Of a stretch of 64,000 bases of DNA, positions 1 through 9,812 are shown piece after piece. The position numbers and the translations under genes are program-made. Every line of letters begins with the position of its first letter. Positions within the stretch are counted from its first letter, which is position 1. Where the stretch lies: assembly GCA_965267575.1 (NCBI GenBank), contig OZ254086.1, positions 4,384,001-4,448,000 on the forward strand, read 5' to 3'. The notes under the pieces are model-generated. The model had not been told where the DNA came from. It worked only from the letters and a program-made list of their open reading frames with translations, and did no database searches. Origin of the DNA: Calditrichales bacterium (lineage in GTDB: Bacteria; Calditrichota; Calditrichia; Calditrichales; J004).

Positions 1-12
1 CGCTGTTCGGCC

Positions 13-1161
13 TTACAGCTCTTCACTGCTGGCAATCGCGTTATTTCTTTCTGCTACTATCCGCACAGGTGTTTTATCCTTAAGGCCGGACTGCCCGACG
101 ACGATCACTTTATCGCCCTCTTCTATTTTGGAAAGTGCTTCCACTTTTTCACTGTCTTCAAAGCCAACATCAAGTCTCACTTTGTGCGCCAAACTGTCGC
201 GCACGACAAATACATTCACTGCCTCATTCTCATAGACAATGGCCGTTTTGGGGATAAGCACGGCGTCATCGCGTGTATCGATAATCAGGTGTACATTGAC
301 GAACATCCCCGGACGCAGCATATTCTGGTTGTTGCGTACGCCAACGGTCACCTTAAACGTGCCACTGGAGGGATCTACAACAGGACTTACGCGCTTAATG
401 CGTCCGCTGAACTCTTCGCCCTTCATATTGTCAGAATAGATACGGGCTTCCTGGCCTGTTTGCAGCTGGTTAATATTCTTTTCCGGCACGTAAAGTACCG
501 CAATCATTTCCGTCGTATTCACTACGGAAAAAAGCTTATCGGTCGGCTGAATGCGCTCACCGATCTTGGTTAGCCTTTCGCCAACGCGGCCGCTAATCGG
601 CGCGTCAATACTCATATAATCGAGTTGAAGCTGGGCCTCTTTCCAGGCGATTTCCGCGGAACGCAGCGCAAAGCGGGCATCTTCAAACTCCTCGTCGCTG
701 AGCAGGGCTTCACTGTGCATCACTTCCATGCGCTTAAAAGCGTTCAGCTGCTTCTCGTATTCTACGCGTGCTCTTTCCTCGGCAAGCTCAAACTCCTCGG
801 CTTCCAGCTTTAGCATCACTTCGCCTTTTTGCACATACTGCCCTTCTTCTTTAATGATCTCTTCGACAATGCCCTGTGCCCGGGCGTATACATCGGCCTG
901 GATTTCGGTTTCAAGGTTGGAGCTAAGTAATATAAAGTTGCTGATGGTGCCGCGCTGAATGGTTGTAATCTCTACAGGTATTTTATCCTGGTCAGCTGCA
1001 GCGCGGGGGCCTTGCGGCTTTTCTTCGGCGGCTGTCGTATCGTTCTGTTTGTTTTCCGCAGACTGCGCGTTTTCGGCAGAAGCCTGTCCGCCGCCACAAG
1101 CGGTCAGAAGCATGGCAGCCAAAACAGCCAGAAATATCAATGGTAGTAAACGTTTCATCAT
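13..1161 (-). CDS. RND efflux periplasmic adaptor (membrane fusion protein), lipoprotein
   Basis: Lipobox LLTAC, barrel-sandwich GQYVQKGEVM and IDAPISGRV, beta-barrel SPVVDPSSGTFKV and LRPGMFV. Start moved from 1221 to the ATG at 1161 (1170 or 1158 also possible). Confidence 0.9.
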   Translation of the reverse strand: MMKRLLPLIFLAVLAAMLLTACGGGQASAENAQSAENKQNDTTAAEEKPQGPRAAADQDKIPVEITTIQRGTISNFILLSSNLETEIQADVYARAQGIVEEIIKEEGQYVQKGEVMLKLEAEEFELAEERARVEYEKQLNAFKRMEVMHSEALLSDEEFEDARFALRSAEIAWKEAQLQLDYMSIDAPISGRVGERLTKIGERIQPTDKLFSVVNTTEMIAVLYVPEKNINQLQTGQEARIYSDNMKGEEFSGRIKRVSPVVDPSSGTFKVTVGVRNNQNMLRPGMFVNVHLIIDTRDDAVLIPKTAIVYENEAVNVFVVRDSLAHKVRLDVGFEDSEKVEALSKIEEGDKVIVVGQSGLKDKTPVRIVAERNNAIASSEEL

Positions 1162-1325
1162 GTTCTCCATGGGAAGGTTTTTTGCGTTAAAATCAACATT
1201 GTCACAAAAACGAGTTTTCACCCGAGTTGTTTCACATAATATAGCAATTTAAGGCTTTTTTATTTCAAAACGGCCAAACTAATTTTCGAGTGATTGTCAC
1301 ATTTTATGGAGAAAGTAATTAAGGT

Positions 1326-1365
1326 AAAAACAAAGGGCTGTGCCCTGACGAACAAAGCACAGCCC
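1326..1365 (-). terminator. Rho-independent terminator after the outer-membrane locus
   Basis: GGGCTGTGC (1335-1343) pairs with GCACAGCCC (1357-1365), followed by TTTGTTTTT on the minus strand. Confidence 0.75.
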
Positions 1366-1373
1366 AAAAAGCC

Positions 1374-2489
1374 TTAAAGCTGGTTTGAAAGAATAAACAT
1401 CAAGATGCGGTTGTTGCCGCTGTCACTTACATAGACAATCTGCTCTTCGCTTTGCGGCAAAACGGCGATTCCCCTGGGCCTGCTGAAAACAACGTCATCA
1501 TCGTTGCTGCCATCGCCGATGAAAGATTGGACAATATTGCCCGAGGTAAGCGAAAAACGGTAAAAGGCCGGCTTGATGCTGCCATCCGGTGAACCCGGTT
1601 CTACCACAAACACAAATCCCGATAGATCGAGGGCAACATCTTCAGGCTTATAGTAAAAAGAAGAATCGTAAATATCCCGGCCGATCAGCGATATGTTGGG
1701 GGTTATTATCGTACTGCCTTCAACAATATCCGTGGTGATGTGCTGTACCTTGAAGTTGTTGTTATACAAGCGGGTAAAGCCCTGCTGCGTGAAAATAAAA
1801 GCCGGTGTATTCTCTTGCGACGAAATATCCAAAAAACGCTCACGCAGAGAAACAATGGAAGTCGGGATAAGCGCGGAAAAAAGACCGGTGCCATCCGGGA
1901 ACAGCGGCAACGGGCCATTCCAGACGTGGTCACCCTGGAACTGGTAAATAAAACTGGCATTCCTGCGCGAAGAAGTGTCTGCCGCATTGAAGCCGGTTAC
2001 ATAGTATTCAAAGCCATTGTAAACGGAAATACCGGTAAATTGATTGTCCGGCTCGCTGGTCTGCTCAAATACCACTTCCACGGGCGCGTCGGCAATGCGG
2101 TGGTTGTACTTGAAAAGATCGATTTTGTAAACTTTGTTGGTTTTGCCAACGACGAGCAGCTGCAGGCTGTCATTTTGCGTAATCGCTTCCGGTTTAGGGA
2201 TAAAGCTGGAAATCCCCTGCACCTGGCCGCCCACGTCCATCATTACGATGCGGTCGTTATCCGTATCGGCGACATAAAGAAAATTGTCGGCACCGATATA
2301 CACATCACCGGGATTAGAGAAACCGCGATCGATGGTGCCAAACAAAACATACTCAACCTCGTTGAGGCCGGGGAACTGCTCTTCGGTTTCCGGGATGACC
2401 GGTAATTGCGTTTTTTCCGTGGTGCAACCCGCCAACAATGAAACAATCAATACAGCAAAAGAAATTTTTTTGTAAAACATATTCAGCAA
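1374..2489 (-). CDS. NHL-repeat beta-propeller lipoprotein
   Basis: Lipobox LLAGC, NHL-like repeats FSNPGDV..LYVADTDNDRIV and FSRPRGIA..VYVSDSGNNRIL. Confidence 0.8.
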   Translation of the reverse strand: MLNMFYKKISFAVLIVSLLAGCTTEKTQLPVIPETEEQFPGLNEVEYVLFGTIDRGFSNPGDVYIGADNFLYVADTDNDRIVMMDVGGQVQGISSFIPKPEAITQNDSLQLLVVGKTNKVYKIDLFKYNHRIADAPVEVVFEQTSEPDNQFTGISVYNGFEYYVTGFNAADTSSRRNASFIYQFQGDHVWNGPLPLFPDGTGLFSALIPTSIVSLRERFLDISSQENTPAFIFTQQGFTRLYNNNFKVQHITTDIVEGSTIITPNISLIGRDIYDSSFYYKPEDVALDLSGFVFVVEPGSPDGSIKPAFYRFSLTSGNIVQSFIGDGSNDDDVVFSRPRGIAVLPQSEEQIVYVSDSGNNRILMFILSNQL

Positions 2490-2510
2490 TCCGCTCTCCG
2501 GTTTAAGCGC

Positions 2511-3494
2511 TTAGAACATAAACTGGACGGCAAAACGGTTTACAAAACCAAGCCGGCCAAAGTCTGTCAGCGCGTAGTCCATTTTTAAATCGGTTATGGC
2601 TGTGGGCAGAAAAAATCCCAGCCCCGCAGAGAAATTTTCCTCGGTGCTGCCCGTGCGAAAACCGCCGCGCAGGGCAAATTGATTAAACAGCGTATATTCA
2701 AGACCCAGGCTGATGTTCTCTTTGTTGTCGTTGGGGTGATTCAATTGCAGCGACGCGCTCACTTTGTGATTTTCAATTTCGTACACCTCGGAAGCGAGGC
2801 CCATGCGCAGCACCGTCGGCGGCGGAAAAGCCTGGAAGTCATTGATGCGCACAGTTTCATTGTTCAGGTCGCGGTCTTCTATGCTGCCTTCGGGACTCAT
2901 ATCTTCGCCGAAGTTCGTAACAACCATGGCAAAGCGGATGTTATGAAAGCCAGTGTCATAGTAAGTACCCAGGTCAAAAAGAAGTGAACGCATCTCCAGC
3001 CCGTAGACCGATTCCTGCATAAATTTGGCTGTAACGCCAAAGGAGAACTGGCTGGTTAATCGCCGCGAGTAGCTTAAGCCCACCAGAAAATCACTAAAAG
3101 TAAAGGTGCGTCCGGTGCCCAGCGGCTGCAGCTCCGTTGTTTCCTTCATATCCCCGCTGGTCAGGTGCGTAATGGCCAGGCCCAGCGCGTTGGCATCATT
3201 CAAATGCCAGATGATGCCGCCATAATTGATATCAACATCCACCACCCATTCCACACGGGAGAAGATTACGCGGTTCTTTTCGGCCAGGATCATGCCGGCA
3301 GGGTTCCAGTAAAGCGCTTCGGCATCATCGGCCATGGCCGTGAATGCTTCACCCATGCCAATGGCCCGGGCGCCCACACCTATTTTAAGAAACTGTGCCG
3401 CCGCCGTGCCGGCCCGCTGCCCACCCAGGTTGGGGAAAAGCTGTGCCTGCAAAGCAAATGTGAATGTCAGCAGAATAAAGATCGTTTTTTTCAT
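2511..3494 (-). CDS. PorV/PorQ-family (UPF0164-like) outer-membrane beta-barrel
   Basis: Signature FLKIGVGARAIGMGEAFTAMADDAEALYWNPAG, signal peptide and C-terminal Phe. Confidence 0.85.
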   Translation of the reverse strand: MKKTIFILLTFTFALQAQLFPNLGGQRAGTAAAQFLKIGVGARAIGMGEAFTAMADDAEALYWNPAGMILAEKNRVIFSRVEWVVDVDINYGGIIWHLNDANALGLAITHLTSGDMKETTELQPLGTGRTFTFSDFLVGLSYSRRLTSQFSFGVTAKFMQESVYGLEMRSLLFDLGTYYDTGFHNIRFAMVVTNFGEDMSPEGSIEDRDLNNETVRINDFQAFPPPTVLRMGLASEVYEIENHKVSASLQLNHPNDNKENISLGLEYTLFNQFALRGGFRTGSTEENFSAGLGFFLPTAITDLKMDYALTDFGRLGFVNRFAVQFMF

Positions 3495-3503
3495 AATCGT
3501 TTA

Positions 3504-6323
3504 TCAGAATTGTACGGATACACCAAACCGGATATTGCGCGGCGCCTTGTAGCGTGCCGGGTTCAGCGGGAACGGCGACGAAATCGGATAGGTTCTGTCC
3601 GGATAATTCGGATCGTTCCAGCCTTTTGGCACCGGGTCGCCATATTCATAGGCCCTGCCCGTAACCGGGTTGATAATCTGAGCGTTTTGGTTGTTTAAAA
3701 GATTTTTTACTTCCAGGGAGAGGCCATAGCGCATGCCAAACAAATCAAAGTATTTGGCAAAATTCAGGTCGACCCACTTCCAGCTTGTAGCCACTTTGCT
3801 GAAATAATCGGTCTGGTCATTGACAGGATCGTATTCGGGCCGACCGTCGGCAGCAAAACCGCTGAGATAATGCGGCGTATAGCGCTTGCCGGCCTGGGCA
3901 AAAAAGTACAGGCTCAGGTTCCAGTCATCAAACATGTTCCAGCCAAACAGAGACGGGTGCTCGCCCTTGGGCACGCGGAAAGCGATGTTGGCAGAAGCCT
4001 GCCAGGGGCGGTCCCAACGGGCCACCAGCTCTTTAACCGGGGGCTCCGAGATTTGCTGCGTTGCCACCAGCAGCGCCACGTCGGAGTTGGAAGATTTTGT
4101 CGTGGTCAGCGATATGCCACCGGAAACGGTGCCGTAAAGATATTTCCCTATACGGGTTTTATACTCCAGCTCCAGGCCGCGCGAACGGGCGTAATCCTGG
4201 TTCACATAGAAGATGGCCGTTCCCACGCGCTCCAGTGTTGTAGTAACCGTCTGCACGTAGTCGAAGATATCCTTGTAGTAAGCCGTGGCATTCAGCACGT
4301 TGTCTTCGCCGAATTTGTGGCGGATGCCCATTTCGTAAATCACGCTTGTTTCCGGGTTCAGGCTGGGATTGCCATATTTCTGAAAAGACGATTTAGAGCT
4401 GGCCGGCGAAAGCTTGGCATAGACAAACTGCGGCCGCGGTCTTTTGGAAAAATGGCCGTAATTGATATAAAACATCTGGTTGTTGGAAATGGGGAAGGAC
4501 ACACCCAGACGCGGCATCAGGCGAAGCTTAACACGGCGACCGAACATGTCATACGATTCATTTTTGTATTTTTCGCGGATGCCCTCAGTTAGAATGCTGT
4601 TTTCATCTTCAACGGCGCGGTCGGCAAATTCGCCCGGTGCCCACCAGTCCAGGCGCAGGCCGGCATTAAGGATAAAGCCGCTGAGCCGCATCTCATCCTG
4701 CACAAAGAAAGCACCGTCCGCCGGATGCACGCGGTAGATATCCTGGCTGGAACCAAACAGACCCACCCAGGGGTCGGCAATATCAATCAGCTGCAGCTCC
4801 TGGAAAGAAGCTTCCATACCGGCCTTGGCCGTGTGTACATCCTGAAATTTGCTGGTGATCTCGCCTTTGAACGTGTAGTTCTCAACATGGTGGTCGTGCC
4901 AGATATAGGCATTGCCGTAATCAATAAAACCGTCGCCGGGGATAACGCGCACGCTGTTGTCATCAGGGAAAAAATACTCCACGGGCACGCGGGCCGCGTC
5001 AAAGGGCTGCTGGTACTGGTCCCAGCGTGCGCCACGCCAGTCACTTCGGAAGCGCGCGAAATAGCGGCTAAAGCGCCATTCGGAAAATGTGGTTTTGTTG
5101 TGCGTGTGCTGCCACTTCAGACCGATTTGCTCGTTGTCGTGCGTGTAGGTATTAAAGTTGTCCAGATTTTTTGAAAAATCATAAGGGAAGCCGGGACTGG
5201 GCTCTACATATTCCAGGTTGGTCTGCAGCACCTGCGTATTCTGGTTGATAACCAGCGAACGGTTATAGGAATAGGTCAGCGTGTTGGTCGGATTGGCTTT
5301 CCAGGTCAGTTTAAACAGAAATGACCAGTTGTTGTTTTGGCGCGGTGCCAGGGATTCATCGCCAAAAAGGCCATTTAGCCGGGGACCAATGGGCGTGCTG
5401 AGCGATGTCGCCGTTGCCCCCGTGTAGTCATCCGACAGGTTGGCGTAAAAATTTGTGAAAAAGTAAAAATCACCCGGCAGGTCCAAACCAATCGAAGGCA
5501 CCAGCTTGCTGGTAAACGGCTCCGGGCCGCTCAGGTTAAATTCGTATTGATCACCGTTAAAACTGAAATCCTCACCTTTAAACAATCCGGCATGATCGCT
5601 TTTGTAGGAGAAGTAACCTTCATACTTATCGCCGCCGCTTTTGGTCTTTACTTTCACAACACCGGAAGTGGCCTGGCCATACTGGGCGTCAAAGCCACCG
5701 GTGATCACCTCAACTTCCTCGATGGCATTGGCTGAAACGTTAAGTCCGAAACCGGTACCGGAGAGCGGGTCCTGAACCGAGATGCCATCCAGCAGGTACT
5801 GCGCCTCATAAGCGCGGCCGCCGCGGATGTGCACGGCATTGTCCTGTTTTACCACGCTGACCTGCTGCGTAACCAGGTCTATGGCGTCGTTGACGATGCG
5901 GTCGGCAATCTCATCACTGGAAAAGGAGCGCACGGTGCTGGTTTCTTCAATATTCATCAGCTCCTTTTTGCCGATCACTTCAATTTCCTGCCCCAAAGCC
6001 AGGCTGCTGGACTGCATTTCAAAATTGATCGTGACGGGATTGCCTTCTTCCACTCTAACGCCGGTCTGGCGGATCACCTTGTAGCCGATGTAGGAAACTT
6101 CCAGTGTGTACTCGGCCGGCTCCAGCCCGTCGATTTTAAAAAAACCGTCATTGTCGGTCGAGGCGCCCTGGTAGGTACCAATCACGCTGATGTTCACGCC
6201 AATCAGCGGCTCGCCCGTCTCGGCATCGGTAATAAATCCGCGGACCTGCGTATCCTGCGCTGCGGCCATTGAGACGATCATTAATGAAATAAAAAGTAGT
6301 TTGCTTAAAAAGTGTTGCTTCAT
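3504..6323 (-). CDS. TonB-dependent receptor with N-terminal carboxypeptidase-regulatory-like domain
   Basis: GFITDAETGEPLIGVNI, plug motifs HIRGGR and IEEVEVITGGFDAQYG, C-terminal PRNIRFGVSVQF. Confidence 0.92.
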   Translation of the reverse strand: MKQHFLSKLLFISLMIVSMAAAQDTQVRGFITDAETGEPLIGVNISVIGTYQGASTDNDGFFKIDGLEPAEYTLEVSYIGYKVIRQTGVRVEEGNPVTINFEMQSSSLALGQEIEVIGKKELMNIEETSTVRSFSSDEIADRIVNDAIDLVTQQVSVVKQDNAVHIRGGRAYEAQYLLDGISVQDPLSGTGFGLNVSANAIEEVEVITGGFDAQYGQATSGVVKVKTKSGGDKYEGYFSYKSDHAGLFKGEDFSFNGDQYEFNLSGPEPFTSKLVPSIGLDLPGDFYFFTNFYANLSDDYTGATATSLSTPIGPRLNGLFGDESLAPRQNNNWSFLFKLTWKANPTNTLTYSYNRSLVINQNTQVLQTNLEYVEPSPGFPYDFSKNLDNFNTYTHDNEQIGLKWQHTHNKTTFSEWRFSRYFARFRSDWRGARWDQYQQPFDAARVPVEYFFPDDNSVRVIPGDGFIDYGNAYIWHDHHVENYTFKGEITSKFQDVHTAKAGMEASFQELQLIDIADPWVGLFGSSQDIYRVHPADGAFFVQDEMRLSGFILNAGLRLDWWAPGEFADRAVEDENSILTEGIREKYKNESYDMFGRRVKLRLMPRLGVSFPISNNQMFYINYGHFSKRPRPQFVYAKLSPASSKSSFQKYGNPSLNPETSVIYEMGIRHKFGEDNVLNATAYYKDIFDYVQTVTTTLERVGTAIFYVNQDYARSRGLELEYKTRIGKYLYGTVSGGISLTTTKSSNSDVALLVATQQISEPPVKELVARWDRPWQASANIAFRVPKGEHPSLFGWNMFDDWNLSLYFFAQAGKRYTPHYLSGFAADGRPEYDPVNDQTDYFSKVATSWKWVDLNFAKYFDLFGMRYGLSLEVKNLLNNQNAQIINPVTGRAYEYGDPVPKGWNDPNYPDRTYPISSPFPLNPARYKAPRNIRFGVSVQF

Positions 6324-6345
6324 GGTATAGACGTTCAGCGTCGTT

Positions 6346-7731
6346 TTATTGATTAAACAAATCGTTCAGCACAAAATCAAAAAAATCATTCAGGTTATTG
6401 TCCGCATTCAGAAAGTGCAGCGGCGTACCGGAAAAAAGAAAATCAATCTTGCCGGTATTATCGTTGCGCCCGGCGATGACAAAAACGGGATCAACTTCGA
6501 GTGACGTATCATCATAGCGGTACAATGGAATCGAGCCCTGCTTGGCCTTTAAGGCAATCAGACCAACGATAATATTTGATACTTTTAAAGTTGGCAAATT
6601 CACCTGCGGATTGTTTTGCAGATAAAGCGAATCGGGGTAATAGGTACTATTGCCGGAAATAAAATTATAGGACTTGCCCAACGAATCCACCGGCGAAAAA
6701 GCCAGCGGCTCACCCTGGGCACCAAAACCCCGGTTGAACTGTACCGCGTAAATAATGCGGTTGCCCGGTATCTTGCGGAATTCCGGTATGGCCAGTTGCG
6801 CCGCAATAAAACGGCGATCTGTTTCCTGTACCAGGTCCGTGTACCAGATTACCCGCTCAAACAGCTTCATCGTTTCCGTAAACTGGGTAATGGACGCCGG
6901 AAAGAGCTTTTCAATATTCCAGTAGGTGTACTCCTCGCCGGTGACATTTTGCATCATATTGCGATAGTAGCGATCGGGAAAAGCGGATATGCTGCTTTCC
7001 ACGTTGTAGTCATCAATCAGCAGGTAGCGGCCACGCGGCTGCTTTGCGTACCAGGTTTCGCCCGGCGTTTCCGGCATGCGGATAATTTCGCTGCGCGATC
7101 CGGCCACATCGACGGCACGCATAAACAGAACGTGTTCTCCTTCCGTAATACCATCTTCCTCAAAAAGCGTTAAAGATCGCTTTTCGCCGCTTATGCTAAT
7201 CCACTCCGACGTGTCGTCCAGGGCGTATTCAAAGCTGGTGATCGTATTGACGCCGTCCAGGTCCGAAGCTTGCCAGGAAAAGCTGGCAACGGTAAAAGTG
7301 GTATCGGGAATGTTGCTGTTCTGGCTCCAAGTCATGGCGGGCGCACTGTTCAATACGGGAAAGCGCTGGAAAGCGGGCGTGGGATCTTCCAGACCCTCGT
7401 CATCTACCGCCTTAACCTGGAAATAATAGATCGTATCCTGGCCGGTTATCACAAGCGGAAACTGGCCTTCGCTTTCGGTGGTCCAGACCCAGTCGCTATC
7501 GGCAGGAGTTTCTGTAAAAGCATAGTAATAGCCGGTTACAAACCCGTCCGGATCGCGTCCTTCCCAGTAGAATTGCTGCACGCTTTTGGTGTAGTTCAAT
7601 GTATCCGGGTTGCTGATAAACAGATCGGTTTGCGGCGGCATATTCTGCTGCCTGCTGCCGCTTATGTCACTTTCGCAGCCGGCCAGTGCAAGTACCAAAA
7701 ACAGTGCTGAAAAGATTAAAAGTTTGCGCAT
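6346..7731 (-). CDS. Lipoprotein with Ig/FN3-like (Y_Y_Y-like) domains, function unknown
   Basis: Lipobox LAGC, repeated W.G.DPDG and FQVKAVDDEG..DPTPA / FMRAVDVAG modules. Confidence 0.7.
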   Translation of the reverse strand: MRKLLIFSALFLVLALAGCESDISGSRQQNMPPQTDLFISNPDTLNYTKSVQQFYWEGRDPDGFVTGYYYAFTETPADSDWVWTTESEGQFPLVITGQDTIYYFQVKAVDDEGLEDPTPAFQRFPVLNSAPAMTWSQNSNIPDTTFTVASFSWQASDLDGVNTITSFEYALDDTSEWISISGEKRSLTLFEEDGITEGEHVLFMRAVDVAGSRSEIIRMPETPGETWYAKQPRGRYLLIDDYNVESSISAFPDRYYRNMMQNVTGEEYTYWNIEKLFPASITQFTETMKLFERVIWYTDLVQETDRRFIAAQLAIPEFRKIPGNRIIYAVQFNRGFGAQGEPLAFSPVDSLGKSYNFISGNSTYYPDSLYLQNNPQVNLPTLKVSNIIVGLIALKAKQGSIPLYRYDDTSLEVDPVFVIAGRNDNTGKIDFLFSGTPLHFLNADNNLNDFFDFVLNDLFNQ

Positions 7732-7733
7732 AT

Positions 7734-7772
7734 CAAAATAAAGCGGGATCAGCCCTGTCAGGATGATCCCGC
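7734..7772 (-). terminator. Intra-operon hairpin or terminator
   Basis: GCGGGATCA (7743-7751) pairs with TGATCCCGC (7764-7772), followed by TTTATTTTG on the minus strand. Confidence 0.65.
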
Positions 7773-7782
7773 GTTTACATCC

Positions 7783-9804
7783 TTACTTGATTAATACCAT
7801 TTTCTTGATATCGGAGAATTGCCCGCTTTGTACCGAGTAGAAATAAATACCGCTGGACAGTTTCTCCCCGTTCAGCGTGACGCGATAGGTGCCGGCGCTC
7901 TGAATGCCGTCAACCAGCGTGGCAATGCGACGGCCCAACGCATCATAGACAGCCAGTGTTACATGCTCCTGAACAGGAATGCTGTAGCGGATGGTGGTTG
8001 TCGGGTTGAACGGATTAGGATAATTCTGCTCCAGCACAAAAGCGCTTGGTTGAATATCTTCCCTTTCGATGGATGTTGCGATATCCACGTCGTTGGAATC
8101 ACGCGGAACAAGCTTGTAGTTGTCAAAACTATAGTACTGGAAAGCCACCATCGAAGCGATTTCCAGGCCTTCGTAATAGGTCGTATCACTTGTCTGACCA
8201 CCAAAGCCATCGAAGAAATCATCAACACGTACGCCGCCGCTTCCGTCGTCAATAGTAAATTCACCGAAGTTGCTCGGCGCATCCGGGAAGGGAACGGTTA
8301 CGGTAACGTTCTGTACTTCCACGAGTACGCTCTCATAAGCTTCGTTATTTTCGCCGTCGTTGTTCAGTTCACCCGTAGTCACAACAACAGGATCAAAAGT
8401 ACCGGCACCGGCCTGGACAAGCGATACATCGGTTACATCATCAATGCGGGTTACGCTGAAGTTTTCTTCAACCGTACCGGTTACCTGAACGCGATCGCCT
8501 TTCTGGAAGGTTTGCGCCTCGGCCACCCATATACCGGACCATTTATCGGCTGCTTCCTGGATCCAGAAATCGCCGGCTTCGTCGGTGGAGTCGGTCATCA
8601 CCACACCTTCAACGGTCACTTCATAACCGTCGTATGCTGAAATATCCAAAGCATAGCCGCGGGTATCCTGAATATCGGCAATCATTAAATTGCCGTCGCG
8701 CACAACGTAGGAGAAAACCGAACCATTGGCCATGGATGTATCTCCGGGAACGATCGTGCCATCTCCGGCGCCGTCTTCAGCGGTTACAAAATAACGCACA
8801 TAATCGCCTTCAGAACCGGAACGTATTGTCGCGCGGAATGTATCGGCTACCGCTTCGCTCATGGTCAGCGTTTTAAACGGTTCGCCGTTAAAGCTATAGT
8901 GAACAAGTGCCTCGGCCACGGCATTATCATCCGTAATGGCGGCGCTTACTGTTACGGGATTACCAGGTTTGGGAAGACCGGGGTTACGGGTAACTTCCGT
9001 AATAACCGGCGGGTTGGATTTTATAGTAATATCCGTAGTGTCGCGCGGGTTGATCGTATAAACGCGGCCAGGACTGCCGCTTTCATCACGGGTAAAACCG
9101 ACGACATCAATGTTTGTGCCATTGGACGGCCAGTTGTAGGTACCGGCCATAAGGCGATCCCTGAACCAGTTAAAGTATTCACCGAGATAACCCGTACTGC
9201 CTGATTCATCGGTAATAGAAGCCCAGTCCCCGGAGATATTGTTATTTACCACCGTGGCATCATTGATCTTTACCGGCATGCTCTCCCACTTCTCGCCGCT
9301 GGCGATAGTGGCCAGGTCCGACAGGCTTAACTCAACCGGAGCGGGCAAAGGAACATTTGTATTAACAATGTTGATGGGGATTACAGGATCCGGGAAGTAG
9401 AACAAACCATAAGTAACCAGCTGAGAAAAACTGCCGAACTCATCTACAACACCTGTAAAGTAACATTCCATGCCAGGCTCAAGAAAACCGAAGTTTGTGG
9501 CAATCTGCGTGGTGTCGTGCTGGATGATGAAAAAGCCGCTCCAGGGATTAGGGAAGCTGTCGGGATCGACAATGTAAACTGCCCAGCGGGCGCCCACCCA
9601 CAAATCACGCGGGCCATTCATGACAAGACCGCGTACCACAACGGTATCGCCGTTAAATGCCGAAAGATCATCGGATGCGGGATCCGCGACATACTGCAGA
9701 TCATGAATACTTACCGTGTCAAACGCTGCGGTTTGCGCGGAAAGCAGCGATCCTGAAAACAGGATAAAGAGTAAAGCGAGAAAGATCGTAGAGAAACGAC
9801 TCAT
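7783..9804 (-). CDS. Secreted OB-fold repeat protein with T9SS type-A-like C-terminal sorting domain
   Basis: Signal peptide; two modules SIHDLQ..SAFNGDTVVVRGLV and IADIQ..SAYDGYEVTVEGVV resembling YhcR/ExeM OB folds; CTD LEQNYPNPFNPTTTIRY..LSSGIYFY..KKMVLIK. Confidence 0.8.
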   Translation of the reverse strand: MSRFSTIFLALLFILFSGSLLSAQTAAFDTVSIHDLQYVADPASDDLSAFNGDTVVVRGLVMNGPRDLWVGARWAVYIVDPDSFPNPWSGFFIIQHDTTQIATNFGFLEPGMECYFTGVVDEFGSFSQLVTYGLFYFPDPVIPINIVNTNVPLPAPVELSLSDLATIASGEKWESMPVKINDATVVNNNISGDWASITDESGSTGYLGEYFNWFRDRLMAGTYNWPSNGTNIDVVGFTRDESGSPGRVYTINPRDTTDITIKSNPPVITEVTRNPGLPKPGNPVTVSAAITDDNAVAEALVHYSFNGEPFKTLTMSEAVADTFRATIRSGSEGDYVRYFVTAEDGAGDGTIVPGDTSMANGSVFSYVVRDGNLMIADIQDTRGYALDISAYDGYEVTVEGVVMTDSTDEAGDFWIQEAADKWSGIWVAEAQTFQKGDRVQVTGTVEENFSVTRIDDVTDVSLVQAGAGTFDPVVVTTGELNNDGENNEAYESVLVEVQNVTVTVPFPDAPSNFGEFTIDDGSGGVRVDDFFDGFGGQTSDTTYYEGLEIASMVAFQYYSFDNYKLVPRDSNDVDIATSIEREDIQPSAFVLEQNYPNPFNPTTTIRYSIPVQEHVTLAVYDALGRRIATLVDGIQSAGTYRVTLNGEKLSSGIYFYSVQSGQFSDIKKMVLIK

Positions 9805-9812
9805 GAAACCTC

